From positions 1-32,690 of IMG/VR virus record IMGVR_UViG_3300020420_000007: a stretch of 32,690 nucleotides of DNA. One strand, written 5' to 3'. The position numbers were made by a program, and so were the translations under genes. This stretch comes from a virus. Lineage: Duplodnaviria > Caudoviricetes. The notes under the pieces were generated by a model that did not search any database, was not told the origin of the DNA, and worked only from the letters and a program-made list of their open reading frames with translations. Shown in pieces: positions 16,532 through 26,024 of this stretch. The number at the start of each line of letters is the position of its first letter. Position 1 is the stretch's first letter.

Positions 16532-16846
16532 ATGACTAAATTAATGCATTACAAAAATAGAAGATGGTTAATTCCAGATCATAAATTATGTTTTTGGTCA
16601 ACTGATATTCTATCAGATAATAGAATTGTAACGTTAAGGGATTCAGAAAAGGGTGCTTTATTTTCAATAATCTCTTTTTGTACTTGGATTGATGACAAAT
16701 GTGAATTTCATGCTCGTCCAATCGTTAATAGTCCAATAGCTATTAAGAAGCTTTGTTATCTAGATGAAGAGCCTAACTTGTATAAATATATAAGTCTTGG
16801 ATTACTAAAAACAGTTAATAAGAATGAGATAGGGGGCAAAAGATGA
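16532..16846 (+). CDS. Hypothetical protein resembling an isolated initiator-type N-terminal (winged-helix) domain
   Basis: HYKNRRW..FWSTDILSD..L.DSEKGALF pattern; SD GGGGAG; ATGA overlap with the initiator gene. Confidence 0.55.
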   Translation: MTKLMHYKNRRWLIPDHKLCFWSTDILSDNRIVTLRDSEKGALFSIISFCTWIDDKCEFHARPIVNSPIAIKKLCYLDEEPNLYKYISLGLLKTVNKNEIGGKR

Positions 16847-17817
16847 ATAGTTGGTTGAGGTTGTGGAATGATATGCCAAACGATCCAAAGTGGAGGACTA
16901 TATCAAGAGTATCAGGTCACCCTATTACAGCTGTAATGTCTGTTTATATACATCTCATTGTTTCTGCCAATATCGAATGTGACAAAGGTGTGACGCAATG
17001 TGACGCAGAAGATGTTGCAAGTGCCTTAGATTTAGATACTGAATGCGTCCTACAAATTATAGATGCAATGCAAGGGCGTGTTCTTGATGGAAATAAAGTT
17101 AAGGGGTGGGATAAACGTCAACCAATTAGAGAAGATAACTCAACTGAAAGAACACGAGCTTACAGAAAGAGAAAAAAGAAAGAAAACGATATAAAACAAG
17201 GCATTAATGAAAGTAGACGTGACGATGTCACAGAACATTGTGACGCATCGGAACGCAATATTTCAGCATGTGACGATAGTGTGACGCAATGTGACGCCCC
17301 AGAAGCAGAAGCAGAAGCAGAAGCAGAGTATAAAAAAAATACTGCTAAAGCAGTATCAAAAAAAGCTGCTGCTTTTGAAAATAATAATAATTTAGAAATT
17401 AACGAACCAGAAAGTAAACCATTCAACCCACACACGGCGAACATGACCGACTTTCTGCCAGAGAACCCTCCCGACCTGTACGGCAAGGTGATGAAGCTGG
17501 TCAACAACCCCAATCTTGCCATGACAGGCTTTCAAACCCTCAAGGAATGGCAGCAAAAAGGCTACAACGAGGCTGATATTCTGGCAGGTATTCAGAAAAT
17601 CCGAGACCGAGGAGGAACAGCCAAAGCTAAGAGTTTGCGGTACTTCAACAGCGCAATCGATGAGGAGCATCAAATCCGTGTCAACGGCTTCGTTAAGGAG
17701 CCTGTGGACGAGCAACGGCTAGCAGAAATGCGCAAGAAATACCCCGACCGTGACGAGGCGGTTTACTTGGCTGAACAAAAGAAAAAACAGGAGCTAGAAC
17801 AACATGGGAAATGTTAA
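16843..17817 (+). CDS. Replication initiator (lambda O-position)
   Basis: WLRLWNDMPNDPKWRTI, WDKRQ..REDNSTERTRAYR, VTQCDA repeats, EAEAEAE linker, C-terminal SLRYF..AI; internal iterons. Confidence 0.85.
   Translation: MNSWLRLWNDMPNDPKWRTISRVSGHPITAVMSVYIHLIVSANIECDKGVTQCDAEDVASALDLDTECVLQIIDAMQGRVLDGNKVKGWDKRQPIREDNSTERTRAYRKRKKKENDIKQGINESRRDDVTEHCDASERNISACDDSVTQCDAPEAEAEAEAEYKKNTAKAVSKKAAAFENNNNLEINEPESKPFNPHTANMTDFLPENPPDLYGKVMKLVNNPNLAMTGFQTLKEWQQKGYNEADILAGIQKIRDRGGTAKAKSLRYFNSAIDEEHQIRVNGFVKEPVDEQRLAEMRKKYPDRDEAVYLAEQKKKQELEQHGKC
17218..17400 (+). repeat. Putative replication origin: GTGACG iterons, (AGAAGC)4 and A/T-rich tract
   Basis: GTGACG at 17219, 17240, 17270, 17281 and 17291 (spacing 21/30/11/10); AGAAGC x4 at 17301-17324; the 19-mer GTGTGACGCAATGTGACGC also occurs at 16988-17006. 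Confidence 0.75.
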
Positions 17818-18373
17818 CGGAATCATCATAAAACCATTCATGAAAGCATACTCGAATTGCCCGGATGTGTTGATGTTTAGGGTACGTGAATGTTTTGCCA
17901 AATATCCGGATCAGGTGCTGGAGCATGTTCGAGATCAGACTTTCGAAAATCATAGCTACAAACGCTGGCCGACTGTTGCTGAAATGAGAAAATATCTACC
18001 GTCTGATGCAGTTGACAAAAAATCAGGGGGTGATGCTCTTGAGAAGATTGAAAAAAAACATCAGAGCTGGAAGCAGAAGGCAAAAGTTGCTGCCAAACAT
18101 TTCATGGATTACAGCGATTTAGGAAGGCAATCTATGGCTAAGGGGTGGGGCAAAAAACTATCCCAAGTGGTTGAGAATATGGAGTGGATAAGGCATCAGG
18201 TTATTGGAAATTCCTACGGCATAGGATGGGACGGCTACGCTTTGCCAATTCCGTATTCATCGCCTCGGTTGAAGGATTATGTTAATGAATTAATTAAAGG
18301 ATTTACTCAATATCCAGACGCAAAAATCACCTTCACCGAAGAGCATATTGCTTACATGATGGGGAAGGCTTAA
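17804..18373 (+). CDS. Putative helicase loader (lambda P-position)
   Basis: Overlaps the initiator gene; KRWPTVAEM resembles the (F/W)PTxAE motif of phage loaders. Confidence 0.5.
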   Translation: MGNVNGIIIKPFMKAYSNCPDVLMFRVRECFAKYPDQVLEHVRDQTFENHSYKRWPTVAEMRKYLPSDAVDKKSGGDALEKIEKKHQSWKQKAKVAAKHFMDYSDLGRQSMAKGWGKKLSQVVENMEWIRHQVIGNSYGIGWDGYALPIPYSSPRLKDYVNELIKGFTQYPDAKITFTEEHIAYMMGKA

Positions 18374-18437
18374 ACAAGAACATTCCAGAATTTGAAAGGT
18401 AGGTAAAAATGTTAGGACTAGCAGAGAGGACAACATC

Positions 18438-18734
18438 ATGAATGATATAATTGAAATTCAAGGGAAGCGCTGCCAAAACTTATGGCGTGCGGTAATACAT
18501 CAGGCATTGATAGATATTGAGGTGAGTACTGGTTATTCAAAAAACAAAGGTAGGGTGTCAGAGGAGCAATTAAATCAAGCAATTGCCAAGCGTTGGATCA
18601 TGGACAAAACAGTAAATTTTCTTCGTGCTTGTGAAATGGCTGATGTTGAACCTGATCATATTAGGCGTCATGCACGTGAGATTATCAAAGCTCAAGCATT
18701 AAATGAATGTGGCATGGCGATTAATGAGGCATAG
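18438..18734 (+). CDS. Conserved phage hypothetical protein (LWRAVIxQAxxD family), Q-position
   Basis: LWRAVIHQALID..AKRWI..F..ACEMADVEP; SD GAGG. Confidence 0.7.
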   Translation: MNDIIEIQGKRCQNLWRAVIHQALIDIEVSTGYSKNKGRVSEEQLNQAIAKRWIMDKTVNFLRACEMADVEPDHIRRHAREIIKAQALNECGMAINEA

Positions 18735-18813
18735 ATAGTGTTTTCCTTATCTTCATTGATTTTTATGGTACAATTAAAGTTATAACAAAAAACACTCTTT
18801 AAAATGGCTTAAA

Positions 18814-19212
18814 ATGAGAAATAAGCTTACAGCTAAACAGCAACGATTCATTGAGGAATATTGTGTTGATTTTAATGCAACGCAAGCAGCCATTCGGGCA
18901 GGATACAGCAAGCATACTGCCGCAGCAATAGGGCCTGAGAACCTTGAAAAACCTTTAATTGCATCGGCTATTGAAAAATATAAGCAAAGCCTTTCTGAGA
19001 CTACTAATCTTACCATCACGGATCTTGATGATAACATTCTTTGGATGGCAAGAGAAGCACGTAGGCGCGGTAATTTTCAAGCGTTGGGAAAGGCACTGGA
19101 TCTTTATGGAAAACGTCTTATGGCTTATACGGACAAGCAGGTACATGTAGAGGAAGAGAGTTATGAAACGCTATTAGAACGGCTAAAAGGAGATAGTGAA
19201 AACGATGGATGA
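18814..19212 (+). CDS. terS: Terminase small subunit
   Basis: LTAKQQRFIEEYCVDFNATQAAIRAGYS..TA..IG.ENL.KP. Confidence 0.93.
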   Translation: MRNKLTAKQQRFIEEYCVDFNATQAAIRAGYSKHTAAAIGPENLEKPLIASAIEKYKQSLSETTNLTITDLDDNILWMAREARRRGNFQALGKALDLYGKRLMAYTDKQVHVEEESYETLLERLKGDSENDG

Positions 19213-20731
19213 AGTCGCGCTACGTTTGCTTGATGACCTACCCTATTTTGCCAAGCATAACCTCAAGATTAAGCCTAAAACAGGTAATTTTATGCCGTTT
19301 CGTTTCAATAAGGCGCAACTGCATATTCACCAGAGACTTGAGGAACAAAAGCGCCTTACTGGCAGAGTGCGCGCTATAATTTTAAAAGGCAGACAGCAAG
19401 GATGTAGCACGTATGTTGCTGCACGATATTATCATCAAACAGTGAGTAATAAAGCAACGGTAACGTTTATTTTTGCTCATGATTCAGAAGCCAGTCAAAG
19501 CTTATTTTCGATGGTGAACAACTACTATCAATTGTCTGATCCGGCGTTTCGACCCAAGCTAGGTGCGTCTAATGCTAAAGAGCTGTTATTTCCGGATATG
19601 AGATCGGGCTATAAAGTGGGTACGGCTGGTACGAAGGGTTTAGGCAGGTCAAAAACATTTCAGCAAGTGCATTGGTCTGAGGTGGCATACAGCCCTAATT
19701 GCTCTGAACATGCAGCCGGCATTCTGCAAACCGTCTCGGATCAGAAAGGGACAGAAGTAATCCTGGAAAGCACCGCCAATGGTCAAGGTGATTACTTCCA
19801 TCGCATGTGCAAAATGGCCTTAGTTGGTGAATCGGATTATCAACTCATATTTGTACCTTGGTATTGGCAAGATGAATATACAAGGCCGTTAGAAGAGCCT
19901 TTCGATCTTGATGCAGAAGAGACGGAATATCTTAATCTGTTTAAGAAAGACGGGTTAAGCAAAGAGCATCTTGCATGGCGCCGGAAGAAAATAAGGTCTG
20001 ATTTTGAAGGGGATTCAATGCGGTTCAAGCGTGAATATCCTTTTACACCTGAGGAGGCATTTGAAGCTAATGACGAGCATGCATTAATCAAGGCTAATAG
20101 TGTGCGTAAGGCGCGTATGACGCCTGCTGTTAACACAACTGCACCGTTAGTAATTGGTGTTGATCCCGCACGATTAGGGGGGGATAAATTTCGTGTGACG
20201 CATCGGAAAGGAAGGAATGTGACCAAATCATACAGCATTGCCCCTATGAGCATTACTGACTCGGCACGAGTTCTATCGCAAGATATTGTCAATTACAAGC
20301 CAGGACGCCTGTTTATTGATTGCGGTGGCTTGGGTGTTGGTATTTATGACATGCTATGTGACATGGGATACTCAAAGCTTATCAGCAAAGTTGATTTTGG
20401 CAGCAAAGCGTCTAACCCTGATCGTTATTACAATAAGCGTGCAGAGATGTATGGTGAAGCTAAAGAATGGCTGGAAAATGAACCTTGCTCGATTCAGCTT
20501 ACTGAGAAAGATGGAGATGCATTACAATCAGAATTATGCTCGGTGCATTTTGAATGGCGCAATAACAGTCAAATATTGCTTGAACCGAAAGAAAAACATA
20601 AAGAGCGACTTGGCCATTCTCCCGATATCGCAGATAGTTTTGTTTTAACCTTTGCCGAACCAGTGGCGCAAACCAATTTTGCACCTCGTATGTCAGAGGC
20701 ATTTACAGCCCCGACATGGACGGTATTTTAA
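19196..20731 (+). CDS. terL: Terminase large subunit (start may be ATG 19205)
   Basis: Walker A ILKGRQQGCST, Walker B HWSEVAY, ESTANG coupling motif, nuclease GVDPA / SPDIADS. Confidence 0.95.
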   Translation: MKTMDEVALRLLDDLPYFAKHNLKIKPKTGNFMPFRFNKAQLHIHQRLEEQKRLTGRVRAIILKGRQQGCSTYVAARYYHQTVSNKATVTFIFAHDSEASQSLFSMVNNYYQLSDPAFRPKLGASNAKELLFPDMRSGYKVGTAGTKGLGRSKTFQQVHWSEVAYSPNCSEHAAGILQTVSDQKGTEVILESTANGQGDYFHRMCKMALVGESDYQLIFVPWYWQDEYTRPLEEPFDLDAEETEYLNLFKKDGLSKEHLAWRRKKIRSDFEGDSMRFKREYPFTPEEAFEANDEHALIKANSVRKARMTPAVNTTAPLVIGVDPARLGGDKFRVTHRKGRNVTKSYSIAPMSITDSARVLSQDIVNYKPGRLFIDCGGLGVGIYDMLCDMGYSKLISKVDFGSKASNPDRYYNKRAEMYGEAKEWLENEPCSIQLTEKDGDALQSELCSVHFEWRNNSQILLEPKEKHKERLGHSPDIADSFVLTFAEPVAQTNFAPRMSEAFTAPTWTVF

Positions 20732-20743
20732 TTGGGTCTAGTC

Positions 20744-21175
20744 ATGATTACCAAATTGAAAGCCCATCATTTTGATTATTTTCAGCCACAACAGCGGCAA
20801 CAGATTGAATATGAAGCTTTAATATCCTGTAAAAGCTACGTTGATTTCCTGATTGGTGGTCAGTCCTATGCTGCAATAAAGCATGGCACGGTTATTTGTT
20901 TAGCAGGCTTTATCCCTCATACGCGACATTCTGCTCTTGTCTGGTTGATCTTATCAAACCATGCGAACCGTCATTTATTCTACATTACCAAAGAAATTTC
21001 AGATTTCCTTAAATCCTCTTGTTATAATCGAATAGAAACACCAGTATTGCGTTCGTTTAAGCAGGGTCACAGATGGCTTAAAATGCTTGGTTTTGTGAAT
21101 GAAACGCAATGTTTTGGTATGCGAAACTATGGGTATCATCAAGAAACATACGATTTATACTCATTATGCAAATGA
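20744..21175 (+). CDS. GNAT-like protein (T7 gp13-type virion assembly factor)
   Basis: YNRIET.V...F..GHRWLKMLGF.NE...MRNYG GNAT-like C-terminus; lies between terL and portal. Confidence 0.65.
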   Translation: MITKLKAHHFDYFQPQQRQQIEYEALISCKSYVDFLIGGQSYAAIKHGTVICLAGFIPHTRHSALVWLILSNHANRHLFYITKEISDFLKSSCYNRIETPVLRSFKQGHRWLKMLGFVNETQCFGMRNYGYHQETYDLYSLCK

Positions 21176-21184
21176 GGCTTGAAC

Positions 21185-21394
21185 ATGGGATTGAAACCAA
21201 AATCAAATACAGCGGCGCTAGCAGCGCAAGAGGCTCGGATCAAAGAGCAGGAAGAGCAATTAGCCGCCGAAGAAGCTGAGCAGGAAAAAAAGAAAAAAGC
21301 TGCACTGAATGCCAAGCGCGGTCAGTCCAGTGGTAGAGCATCGCTGTTAACTGGCCTTGAAACAGGCATCCAAAAACGTAATAATCTAGGCTAA
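21185..21394 (+). CDS. Small virion-assembly protein preceding the portal (T7 gp7.3-like)
   Basis: Charged helix followed by GRASLLTG...LG; typical position. Confidence 0.65.
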   Translation: MGLKPKSNTAALAAQEARIKEQEEQLAAEEAEQEKKKKAALNAKRGQSSGRASLLTGLETGIQKRNNLG

Positions 21395-21396
21395 CC

Positions 21397-22944
21397 ATGC
21401 AGTTAACTGTTGATGCATTATGTGAACGGGCTAAAAAAGGCTTTGCTGCTCGTGATATGAACCGAAAATTATTTGAAGATTGTTATGAGTTTCTTTTGCC
21501 CTACAAGAACTCATTTAATCGCCAAGGTGTCAATTCAGGGCAAACCACGATGAACCGCCCGAATCGTCAATTTGACAGTACCGCACAGCATGCCAGTGCT
21601 AATTTTGTTAACACAATGCAGTCTAATTTTACCCCTGTTTTTACTCGTTGGGCAACGTTAAAGGCCGGTCCTGGTATTCCAGAAACAGAACGAGCCTCTT
21701 TGAATAAAGAACTTGAAACAATCACAGATATTATCTTTACCTACTTAAACGCCAGTAATTTTGCCACTGCCAGTGCTGAGATGTACTTTGAATGGGGTAT
21801 TGGTACAGGTGCGTTATGGCTGTTTGAGGGAGATGAAGAGCAGCCGTTAAATTTCATGGCCAGCCCGATTGCTGAAATGGGCTTGATTGAAGGGAAATTT
21901 GGCACAATTGATGGTCGTTTCAGGGAGCATCGTATCAAAGCACGCTTACTACAAGCCACATGGCCGAATGATAAAGTCTCCATTGATACAGAGCTTGCGG
22001 ATAAAATACGAAACGCGCCGGATGAAGAGGTGACCGTTATTGAAGCCTGCTATTATGATAATGCTGATTTTGTCTGGCGTTATGAGGTTATCTATGAAGC
22101 AACGAAACATCGATTGCTGGCAAAAAAATTTAATGAAGAAATATGCTTCACACCTCGTTGGATGAAGGTTCCGGGAAATGCCTTTGGTGTTGGTCCGTTC
22201 TTGCTTGCTATGGCAGATATTAAAACATTGAACCAGATGAAGAATTACATGCTCACCAATGCTGCTTTGTCAGTATTTGGTGTCTATACAGTTGAAACGA
22301 AAGGTGGATTTAATCCCAATACTGCAAATATACAGCCGAATAGGTTTATCCCTGTTGAGAGCAACTCAAGCCCAACAATACGCCCCCTAGAGCGCAGTGG
22401 TTCCTTTGATATTCAAGAATTTCTTATGCGTGATTTACAAGACAGTATCCGAAAATCCATGTTGGATGACAGATTGCCAGAACAGCAAGCAACGCCGGCT
22501 ACCGCTTTTGAGATTGCGCAAAGGATCAAGGAATTTCAGCAAGATATTGGCGCTGCTTATGGGCGTGCCATGCTTGAGTTTGTCCAGCCATTATTCAAAC
22601 GTGTGGTGTCGATCTTAAATCGTCGTGGGTTGCTACCTTTGCCTGATGGATTTCAGATTGATAATTTCTTTGTTCAGGTACAAGTCGTTTCCCCTATTGC
22701 ACAGACACAAGCAATTGAAGATGTGCAGAAATTTATGCAGGCCTATGAAATGACTGCCTCCATTAATCCACAGCTGGCACAGACGGCTTATGATTTGGAA
22801 AAACTACCAAGCTGGCTTACGGAAAATACTGGTGCGCCTGCCAGACTTTTGCGTGATGAGATTGACCAAGAGGAATTAAGACAGCAGATCATACAAACCG
22901 TTGCGCAAGCACAATTACAGGAGCAACAAACCAATGATGGATAA
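21397..22944 (+). CDS. Portal (head-tail connector), T7/BPP-1 type
   Basis: FDSTA, GTGAL, PRW.KVPG..FGVGP, TAFEI..R, VSPIAQ motifs; 515 aa. Confidence 0.93.
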   Translation: MQLTVDALCERAKKGFAARDMNRKLFEDCYEFLLPYKNSFNRQGVNSGQTTMNRPNRQFDSTAQHASANFVNTMQSNFTPVFTRWATLKAGPGIPETERASLNKELETITDIIFTYLNASNFATASAEMYFEWGIGTGALWLFEGDEEQPLNFMASPIAEMGLIEGKFGTIDGRFREHRIKARLLQATWPNDKVSIDTELADKIRNAPDEEVTVIEACYYDNADFVWRYEVIYEATKHRLLAKKFNEEICFTPRWMKVPGNAFGVGPFLLAMADIKTLNQMKNYMLTNAALSVFGVYTVETKGGFNPNTANIQPNRFIPVESNSSPTIRPLERSGSFDIQEFLMRDLQDSIRKSMLDDRLPEQQATPATAFEIAQRIKEFQQDIGAAYGRAMLEFVQPLFKRVVSILNRRGLLPLPDGFQIDNFFVQVQVVSPIAQTQAIEDVQKFMQAYEMTASINPQLAQTAYDLEKLPSWLTENTGAPARLLRDEIDQEELRQQIIQTVAQAQLQEQQTNDG

Positions 22945-23275
22945 TGCCTACCTCAATCCTATGGGATGGGAAACAAAAACAGAAGATGACGTCAATCATA
23001 AGGAGTTTGAGCGCATTGCGCGTGAGGCCTATGAAATGTGTATAATCATTAAAAAAGTCTTCTCTAGTAACGAGGGTAAGCGTGTGTTTGATTGGCTCTG
23101 TGAGCAAACCATTGCATCGCCGACATGGCGCTCGAGTCTTGATTACGAAAAGGCTATTGCACACGGATTTGCTCGTGAGGGCCAAAACGCTTTAGTGCAT
23201 GACCTTAAACATAAAATGCAGCTTGCAGAGCGTTGTAAAAGCCTTGATGATTTCATGAACCGTTTTGATAGGTAG
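22934..23275 (+). CDS. Bbp19-like protein
   Basis: VFSSNEGKRVFDWL...AREGQNALV; follows the portal; SD AGGAG. Confidence 0.8.
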   Translation: MMDNAYLNPMGWETKTEDDVNHKEFERIAREAYEMCIIIKKVFSSNEGKRVFDWLCEQTIASPTWRSSLDYEKAIAHGFAREGQNALVHDLKHKMQLAERCKSLDDFMNRFDR

Positions 23276-23280
23276 GAGTA

Positions 23281-23685
23281 ATGAGTATTATTGAACTACA
23301 GTTAGATTTGTTTCGTTCCGTCCTTACTTCTGCTCATTCAGCACTTAAAGCGATCATGGTGATTAATGGTGGAGCGGCATTAGCCTTGCTTGCTTTTATT
23401 GGTAATATGATAACTAAAGATGTGGATCCTAGTATTTTACTATTGAGTCGATCAATAGAATTATTCTGTTATGGGCTGTTAGCAGCCGTGATTGCCGCAG
23501 GTCTCACCTATGGTGCACAATTTTGTTTTTTGAATGCATTGCAATTAAAGGTTAGGTGGCTGTATCCTGCTGGAATTATCGCTCAAATTGTGACGATTAT
23601 CGTTGTGATTACTTCCTATATTCTTTTTTTCTTGGGTGTGGATCATAGCATCGAAACATTCAACTATTTTCGTATTGACATATAA
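23281..23685 (+). CDS. Multi-TM membrane protein (accessory insert)
   Basis: ALKAIMVINGGAALALLAF plus two more hydrophobic helices; SD AGGAG; AT-rich. Confidence 0.75.
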   Translation: MSIIELQLDLFRSVLTSAHSALKAIMVINGGAALALLAFIGNMITKDVDPSILLLSRSIELFCYGLLAAVIAAGLTYGAQFCFLNALQLKVRWLYPAGIIAQIVTIIVVITSYILFFLGVDHSIETFNYFRIDI

Positions 23686-23699
23686 TGAGAGGATAAAAT

Positions 23700-23984
23700 A
23701 TGAGGCCGACCTATACAACCAATATATTTGGTGCTAACAGCAAAGTAACCGTACAAAATATCTCTACCCTACATACTCCCTCAACGGATATCACTAGGCT
23801 AAGGCTATACAGTGATGTTGATTGCAGGATTGCTTTAGGTGCTAACCCGCAGGCAGATAGTAATAGTGTGTTCATTCCAGCAGGGATTATTGAGTATATC
23901 ACCACACGCCGTGGCTGGAGTATTGCAGTCATACGTGATGGTGCGGAAGATGGAACATTAGAAGTCACAGAGGTAACAGGATGA
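23700..23984 (+). CDS. Small beta-rich virion protein (probable head decoration/fibre base)
   Basis: RLYSDVDCRIALGANP.A...FIPAG..EY...IAVI....GTLEVTE family seen in marine podoviruses. Confidence 0.6.
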   Translation: MRPTYTTNIFGANSKVTVQNISTLHTPSTDITRLRLYSDVDCRIALGANPQADSNSVFIPAGIIEYITTRRGWSIAVIRDGAEDGTLEVTEVTG

Positions 23985-24472
23985 CACAGTTAAACATAAA
24001 AGTATTGCAAGCAATCGCAGGTATATCCGAAACTATCAAGTTAATTCAGCAAGATCATGCTCTTGTGGATAAAGTCTGTTCAAGCGTTATGTCGGTATCT
24101 GAGGCAACAAAAAAGCTACAAGAAGCCGCAGACGCAGAAAATAGAGCAAAACATACACTTGTAGAGGCCGAAAAGAAGCTGGAATCCATTGCTAAACGAG
24201 AATCAGATGTTGCATCAGCTGAGAAGAACTTGTCATTAAAAGAAGCGTCCTATAATGAAAGAAAGAAAAGAAATCTTCTTGAATTTAAAGAGCAAAGCAG
24301 GCTTTTCAATAAAGAAAAAATATCTTTAGAAGAGCTTAAACAAGCAGCTGATGCAAGAGAAGCAGATATTGTTAAGAAAGAAGAGAGAATAGCACTTACG
24401 ATGGATGAAGCTGTAAAAATGAAAAAAGAGTATCAATCTAAATTAGAGAAATTACAAGAAGTAATGAAATGA
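23981..24472 (+). CDS. K/E-rich coiled-coil protein
   Basis: ATGA coupling; long heptad-rich helix. Confidence 0.7.
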   Translation: MTQLNIKVLQAIAGISETIKLIQQDHALVDKVCSSVMSVSEATKKLQEAADAENRAKHTLVEAEKKLESIAKRESDVASAEKNLSLKEASYNERKKRNLLEFKEQSRLFNKEKISLEELKQAADAREADIVKKEERIALTMDEAVKMKKEYQSKLEKLQEVMK

Positions 24473-24518
24473 CTTTTTCTTATAGTAATAATGTAGGCAG
24501 GCGATAGGATAGATATTC

Positions 24519-26024
24519 ATGAAGGTTTTTGCCCCCAGCATATCAGAAGATGAGGTTGCTTCTATTGCAGCAGGATCAACACTTGGTTTGCAGCAGAAGT
24601 TATTGGCAGATGAAGGGCAGCTCGGATTAACGGTGCTTGCTGTTGGTTTTACAACCAGCGGCAAGGTCCAGGGCGTTTCTCTTGGGTCCGGCAACGTGGT
24701 CGAAGTGTACGCGAACGGTGCCGACTTCAATTCTAGGACTGTATTGTATCGTGAATTTATGAACCGGGGAGAACCCATCTGTTTTACTGGATTGGCAAAC
24801 GGTGCAATTATTACAGCTACACAAGGTTTTTACGGATATGCCGAACAAGTTGACGGCAATGATGAAAGCCCCATGCCGTTATTGTCATACGCTTTATCAT
24901 TCAACTTTACGTTTTTTTTCGCATTCCGAAACTGCCAGCTATATAAACCGGGCGGGACTGGTAATAGCCAAGGTTGGGTTCATGTTGTTAATGGTCCGCT
25001 TAATAACACAATACGCATGGCGAATGGTTCCGGTGTCACAGTCCAAGGACAAGAAAACATTACCCTGACACCATGGGAATATCGCCGTCTATACACTGAC
25101 GGGAACCAAGAATACATTTTAGAGGGTACAGCCCGAATGATGGCTTGCCACAATGCGAACATGAATTTAAAACCACATGGTCGCTTTTACGATAGTCGTT
25201 TGATCATGCCTTTGACCAACGATGGTATCACCTGGCCACGTTCAGGGTTCATATCTGCCCCATTTAATAACACGCAGGTTGCGTTCTTTGTGCGTGATGG
25301 CGCGGAAGGTACCATAAACAGCACGGCGGGAACGGGTGTAAGCCCTGGTTCACCTGTTGATTTTGATGCCGCGATTGGTGTTGGTACGGGTGCCGATGAC
25401 GAAGACTACGAACCAAACGGCGCTACGCGCGTAAGGGCAGTTGGGTTGGTTTCAGCATATTCTGGGGCTGACAGCGCTGGCCTTGAGGCCTCTCCACTCA
25501 TGCCCACATCGGCAATGTCACAGGTTGTAGCACAGCCAATGTTTATCGCAGACAACGGAGACGGTGGTAATTCAGGCGTTGCCATTGCAAGTCCTTATGA
25601 GGGTACAGCGTTTGTTTACAGCTACAACACAGTCACAGGCGGTCTTGACTTGCAATATACAATGCCATTGACGCGTAGTGGTGTGACAGTTACAACACAG
25701 GAAGATCAAAACCATCCGGCTTCGGGTCTTATTTCAAATGATGCGCAAGCTTCTAACACATTGGTTGGGCAGCTTGACCCGGGGATTATCATTGCAGACG
25801 TTCCAATTACAGTTGTCATTCAATCAGGTATTGTTGATACGACAAGCACATTGCGAAGTCAAAACGGTACAACCACCGCAAATATTGCGCATGAGGATGA
25901 CGAAACCCTTATGCTTGGTATCACCCCTAAGGCCATTGCTGCGGAGATACGGGAGGACGCCAACGGTGTTTTTCGCAGGCGGACCATTGACTCCGCTGGC
26001 GTTGAAACTTGGGAGGTGGCGTGA
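24519..26024 (+). CDS. Gly/Asn/Thr-rich beta protein, 501 aa; putative head fibre/surface adhesin
   Basis: Composition typical of virion appendages; lies within the head module. Confidence 0.6.
   Translation: MKVFAPSISEDEVASIAAGSTLGLQQKLLADEGQLGLTVLAVGFTTSGKVQGVSLGSGNVVEVYANGADFNSRTVLYREFMNRGEPICFTGLANGAIITATQGFYGYAEQVDGNDESPMPLLSYALSFNFTFFFAFRNCQLYKPGGTGNSQGWVHVVNGPLNNTIRMANGSGVTVQGQENITLTPWEYRRLYTDGNQEYILEGTARMMACHNANMNLKPHGRFYDSRLIMPLTNDGITWPRSGFISAPFNNTQVAFFVRDGAEGTINSTAGTGVSPGSPVDFDAAIGVGTGADDEDYEPNGATRVRAVGLVSAYSGADSAGLEASPLMPTSAMSQVVAQPMFIADNGDGGNSGVAIASPYEGTAFVYSYNTVTGGLDLQYTMPLTRSGVTVTTQEDQNHPASGLISNDAQASNTLVGQLDPGIIIADVPITVVIQSGIVDTTSTLRSQNGTTTANIAHEDDETLMLGITPKAIAAEIREDANGVFRRRTIDSAGVETWEVA

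Noticed and set aside
15936-16535. 199-aa ORF as a normal protein
   Set aside because: After 14 residues it translates promoter and RNA hairpins and overlaps a better 80-aa ORF with an SD; kept only as a possible regulatory frame
17301-17324. (AGAAGC)4 as a phase-variation tract
   Set aside because: The 6-bp unit keeps the frame and encodes the EAEAEA linker common in phage initiators
18371-18395. Alphaproteobacterial LexA box (GAAC-N7-GAAC)
   Set aside because: The sequence is GAAC-N6-GAAT, with wrong spacing and a mismatch
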